From Candidatus Bathyarchaeota archaeon (GTDB lineage: Archaea > Thermoproteota > Bathyarchaeia > Bathyarchaeales > Bathycorpusculaceae): a DNA stretch of 64,000 bases. The position numbers were made by a program, and so were the translations under genes. Positions within the stretch are counted from its first letter, which is position 1, and each line of letters opens with the position of its first letter. The notes below the pieces were generated by a model. That model had not been told where the DNA came from. It made no database searches and was given only the letters and a program-made list of their open reading frames with translations. The stretch covers positions 64,001 through 128,000 of the forward strand of contig CAVZIW010000008.1 of the NCBI GenBank assembly GCA_963775465.1, given 5' to 3'. Positions 60,631-64,000 of this stretch are shown in pieces.

Positions 60631-61424
60631 TGGGCAGGCCTCTTTAGGGTTGCTGGTGCATCTGCAAAAGCTATCAGAGCTTCAATTTCCATAAAATGCA
60701 ATTCCCCTGGAATGATGAGGCTAAAGGGTGGTTCTCCGAAATCAAAGTCGCTTAAATTCCGAACATAATCAGCCTTCAACTTTGGGCTGATATTTCCTGC
60801 TCTCGCAATTCCTACTGCAACTGTGTCCGGCGTTATAATGTTCATTTTCTTCCTTTGTTCAATTTCGAGCAACATTTTGATTGCTTGGTTGATTGATAAG
60901 TATTCGTTGGAGGTTGCCTTAAGGTCTAGAAGGCAAAGGGTATGCAACTGTGTGCTCTTATTTTGAGCGATTACATTATAGGGTGTTTCAGAAAAATTCT
61001 CTGGGAAGGGTACGGTTACAGTTTTTCCAAACTTGTAATTATGCAAACCTGATAGACTTATAATTGCAGATATTATTGAGATGCCATGAACTATTCGAGT
61101 TTTTATTCGCTGTTTTTTTGCTTCAATTCGTAACGTGATATGGGTAGTTGCTATGAAGGGGTCTCCGGGAACTAAAAAAACTGTTTTGCCCATTTTGGCG
61201 GCTTGCAGGATGACTTTGCCGTTTTCTTCTTCAAGTGTTTGGCGATCAACTAATTGCACTTTTTTTCCTACTGATAACTCAAACCGTTTTAAACTGAAGT
61301 CGGGCATTCGGCTTGTGTAGTTTTCCATGAAAACGTGGTTTGCAGTTTTTGTTTCTTCTAAACCTTTGACAGTGATGCCTTTTTCGTCATTTAATCCTAA
61401 GCCTACGAATACTATTTCATTCAA
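60627..61424 (-). CDS. dph5: Diphthine synthase
   Basis: VGLGL, ENYTS, GDPFIATTH, YKFG and HTLCLLD motifs. Confidence 0.93.
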   Translation of the reverse strand: MNEIVFVGLGLNDEKGITVKGLEETKTANHVFMENYTSRMPDFSLKRFELSVGKKVQLVDRQTLEEENGKVILQAAKMGKTVFLVPGDPFIATTHITLRIEAKKQRIKTRIVHGISIISAIISLSGLHNYKFGKTVTVPFPENFSETPYNVIAQNKSTQLHTLCLLDLKATSNEYLSINQAIKMLLEIEQRKKMNIITPDTVAVGIARAGNISPKLKADYVRNLSDFDFGEPPFSLIIPGELHFMEIEALIAFADAPATLKRPAQ

Positions 61425-61459
61425 AGCCAGCCCTTCCTGAATATTAGGTTTAATGCTTA

Positions 61460-61645
61460 TTATTTTTCCTTAATTTTGTTTTCATTAGCTAAAATATTAT
61501 AGTAGGATCGGCAGGTTTCTGGTGAAAGTGAGTGACGTTCGCAGAATATAGTTAATACTTTCTCGATTGGTGTTTTTGGGTCTTTTTCTTTAATCATTTC
61601 TCTTAGTTCTTCGATATGGTGTTCATCATCTTTTCTGTCGCTCAT
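61460..61645 (-). CDS. Small hypothetical protein
   Basis: 61-aa ORF with FCERH...CR.YY. Confidence 0.6.
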   Translation of the reverse strand: MSDRKDDEHHIEELREMIKEKDPKTPIEKVLTIFCERHSLSPETCRSYYNILANENKIKEK

Positions 61646-61796
61646 GCCATTTTCCTTTTCCTTGTTTATTATCATTCTTTTGCCTGTTCAAAAACCCTTT
61701 CACTAATGATTCCTTTGTGATGAAACATCCAACCAAACGTTTATATGATTTACGTTTGCTGAAACTTCTCGCTTAGCGGCAAATGAAGGTTAACAC

Positions 61797-62928
61797 ATGA
61801 AGTCCATCGAGAGCCTAATTAAAGATAGCGTTAGAAACCTTAAACCATGTATTCATGGTGCAGAGTTATTGGGTGCCGCTGAACAAAGTGGGATTCAACC
61901 AGAAGCAATTAGTGATTTTAGTTCTAGCGTCAATCCACTTGGTCCATCGAAAAAAGCTTTAGAAAGCGCCAAAGAAGCCTTTAGCCAAATCGCGGCTTAT
62001 CCTGATTCAAACTCAAACCAGCTTCGTCGAGTCATAGCCACCCACTTCGGGATAGACAAAGCTCAAATCGTGGTTGGGAATGGCTCCACGGAACTCATGT
62101 ACTTATTCGCTGATGTTTTTCTAAATCAAGGAGACAAAGTGGTTATGCCAGCGCCGACATTTGGAGAGTATGAAAGTGCCGTTTGCAAAACTGGCGAAAC
62201 CCCAATATTCGTTAAACTAAACGATAAATTTGGTATCGATATTCACGCCTTTAAACATGAGATGACTGGTGCAAAAATGGTTTTCCTTTGCAACCCGAAC
62301 AACCCTACAAGCATGCTTATCCCCAAAGAAGCTTTAACTGAAATCGTTGAGACTGGCTTTGGCGCAAAATACATTAGTGTTTCTTGATGAGGATTTCTTG
62401 GAGTTTGTTGAAGGGGAGCGATCTCTCTCGATGATTAGCCAGATCAATAAATTCTCGAACCTGTTTATTTTGCGGTCGTTTACAAAAATTTTTGGTTTAA
62501 CAGGTTTGCGCGTTGGATATGGGATAGCCAACAAGGATATTATTGACATGCTTACGAGGGCCAAGATTCCTTGGAATGTTAATTGTATTGGTCAAGCTGC
62601 TGCAGTTGCTGCTTTGAATGATGACGAGCATCTTCGAGTTACACTTGAAGTCATTAATAAGGAAAAAATTTGGTTAGCAAAAGAACTTTGCAGCCTTACG
62701 GGTTTCAGTTTTTCAATGCCAGATGCCAACTTTTTCTTCATTGATGTTCATAAGTCAGGTTTCACGGCCAAAGAATTGAAAAACGGTATGTTAAAGCAGG
62801 GGTTGTTAATTCGTGATTGTACCTCCTTTAAAGGTTTAGATGAATATTACATTCGAGTTGCGGTTAAAACCCACGACGAAAACCTTCGTCTTATTGAGGC
62901 ATTTAAACGAATAATTAAACCGGTTTGA
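61797..62928 (+). CDS. cobD: Threonine-phosphate decarboxylase CobD (PLP), with a single +1 frameshift near 62355 as sequenced
   Basis: HG, DFSSSVNPLG, YPD, GNGS.E and CNPNNPT lie in one frame. DE.F, RSFTK..GLRVG and IRDC lie in the next. It is adjacent to cbiB. Confidence 0.85.
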
Positions 62929-62935
62929 GCCACCT

Positions 62936-63913
62936 ATGCTTTGGTTTGATGTTTCATGGTTTGTCGATTCCGCGATTATCTTTGCGTTAGCTTTTTTGAT
63001 TGATTTGGTTTTTGGCGAGTACCCTGACAAGATTCATCCAACGATCGGTATAGGAAAACTCATCTCTTACTTAAAATGTAGAATTAGGAATTCAAATCCG
63101 AAAGTGGAGAAGTTAAATGGCGCCCTAATGGCTTTAGCAATCATTCTGGTTTTTGCGTTTCCTGTGTTCTTGTTGCTCTTCTGGCTAAGAGGATTGTTAT
63201 ACCCATTTGGCGAAATCTTCTACATACTTGTTGGTGCCATCCTATTCAAATCAACATTTGCTATTAGTGGAATGGGACAATATACCGCGCCTATCGCGAA
63301 AGCTCTAAAACAAAACGATTTAGCTGGCACCCGCAAATGGTTGCCCTATATTGTGCGCCGTGACCCAAATACTCTAAATGAGCGTCAAATTATTTCGGCT
63401 GCGGTAGAATCCATTGCTGAGAGCACAACTGATGGCATAACAGGGCCTTTCTTTTTTTTTGGTCTTTTTGGGGTTCCAGGCGCTTTTGCATACCGTGTTG
63501 TCAATACTTTGGATTCGATGGTTGGCTACAAAAACTTGGAAAATCGGAACATCGGATGGTTCTCAGCAAAATTGGATACATTGGCTAATTATGTGCCTGC
63601 ACGTGCGACGGCTTATTTGATGATTGTCGCTGCCTTCTTCCTCAAGGAAGATTGGCGTGAATCATGGCGTATCCTTCAACGTGACAAACACAAGACTGCA
63701 AGTCCAAACGCGGGATATACCATTAGCGCGATGGCAGGAGCCTTAAACATACAATTGGAAAAGAAAGGTTGCTACACTTTAGGCGACGATCATGGTATTT
63801 TAGCTGATCACATTCCGAGAGCGTTGAAGATGATGACTTTCACCGCTGCGTTGTTCGGTTTAGCTGTTGTTTTGCCTATTTTGGTTTTACGTATCTATGT
63901 TGTTGGGGTTTAG
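62936..63913 (+). CDS. cbiB: Adenosylcobinamide-phosphate synthase CbiB
   Basis: GE...HP, IVRRD, AVESIAE..DG, NTLDSMVGY, PAR and SPNAG motifs. Confidence 0.93.
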   Translation: MLWFDVSWFVDSAIIFALAFLIDLVFGEYPDKIHPTIGIGKLISYLKCRIRNSNPKVEKLNGALMALAIILVFAFPVFLLLFWLRGLLYPFGEIFYILVGAILFKSTFAISGMGQYTAPIAKALKQNDLAGTRKWLPYIVRRDPNTLNERQIISAAVESIAESTTDGITGPFFFFGLFGVPGAFAYRVVNTLDSMVGYKNLENRNIGWFSAKLDTLANYVPARATAYLMIVAAFFLKEDWRESWRILQRDKHKTASPNAGYTISAMAGALNIQLEKKGCYTLGDDHGILADHIPRALKMMTFTAALFGLAVVLPILVLRIYVVGV

Positions 63914-64000
63914 CTCTCTTTAGTCTGGTTTTGGGGCTGTTAGCTTTTCCTATAACTTGGTGGCAATTGGGTTTAGGCTTATGAAGGAAGAAAAATCTCT

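Noticed and set aside
960-63030. Numerous 60-150 aa ORFs nested in or antisense to identified genes
   Set aside because: They are alternative-frame shadows of well-supported CDSs with no motifs of their own.

Overview
Archaeal chromosomal segment, probably TACK and most like Bathyarchaeia. This is inferred from the gene set (archaeal ValRS, uS10, Dph5, RibL, CTP-dependent riboflavin kinase, geranylgeranyl reductase, tRNA-synthetase-like AsnA, archaeal SRP RNA) and the frequent TTG/GTG starts. Most of it is housekeeping: DNA repair (uvdE, uvrBAC, mre11-rad50), a trpE(G)DCBA operon without trpF, corrinoid uptake and salvage (btuFCD-like, cbiZ, cobD, cbiB), flavin cofactor genes, asnA-pckG and tRNA-Lys(CTT). 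No integrase, transposase or CRISPR array was seen. The notable signals are: (1) a TPP riboswitch upstream of thiT and an uncharacterised PurM/ThiL-fold enzyme; (2) a trp promoter with 10-bp-phased TGTACA-like boxes, and a trpE start that reaches its frame only by a +1 shift at CUU-UGG(Trp), which is either prfB-like Trp-sensing recoding or a 1-bp sequencing insertion; (3) a box C/D guide RNA plus further hairpins after uvrC; (4) a radical-SAM/SPASM protein lacking CxxxCxxC inside the B12 operon, behind tandem palindromic sites; (5) a membrane-anchored di-heme MauG/CcP protein with the bridging Trp replaced; (6) several unannotated microproteins. Three other conserved genes or gene parts (trpE 3' end, mre11, cobD) carry single +1 frameshifts, so sequence error is a real caveat.
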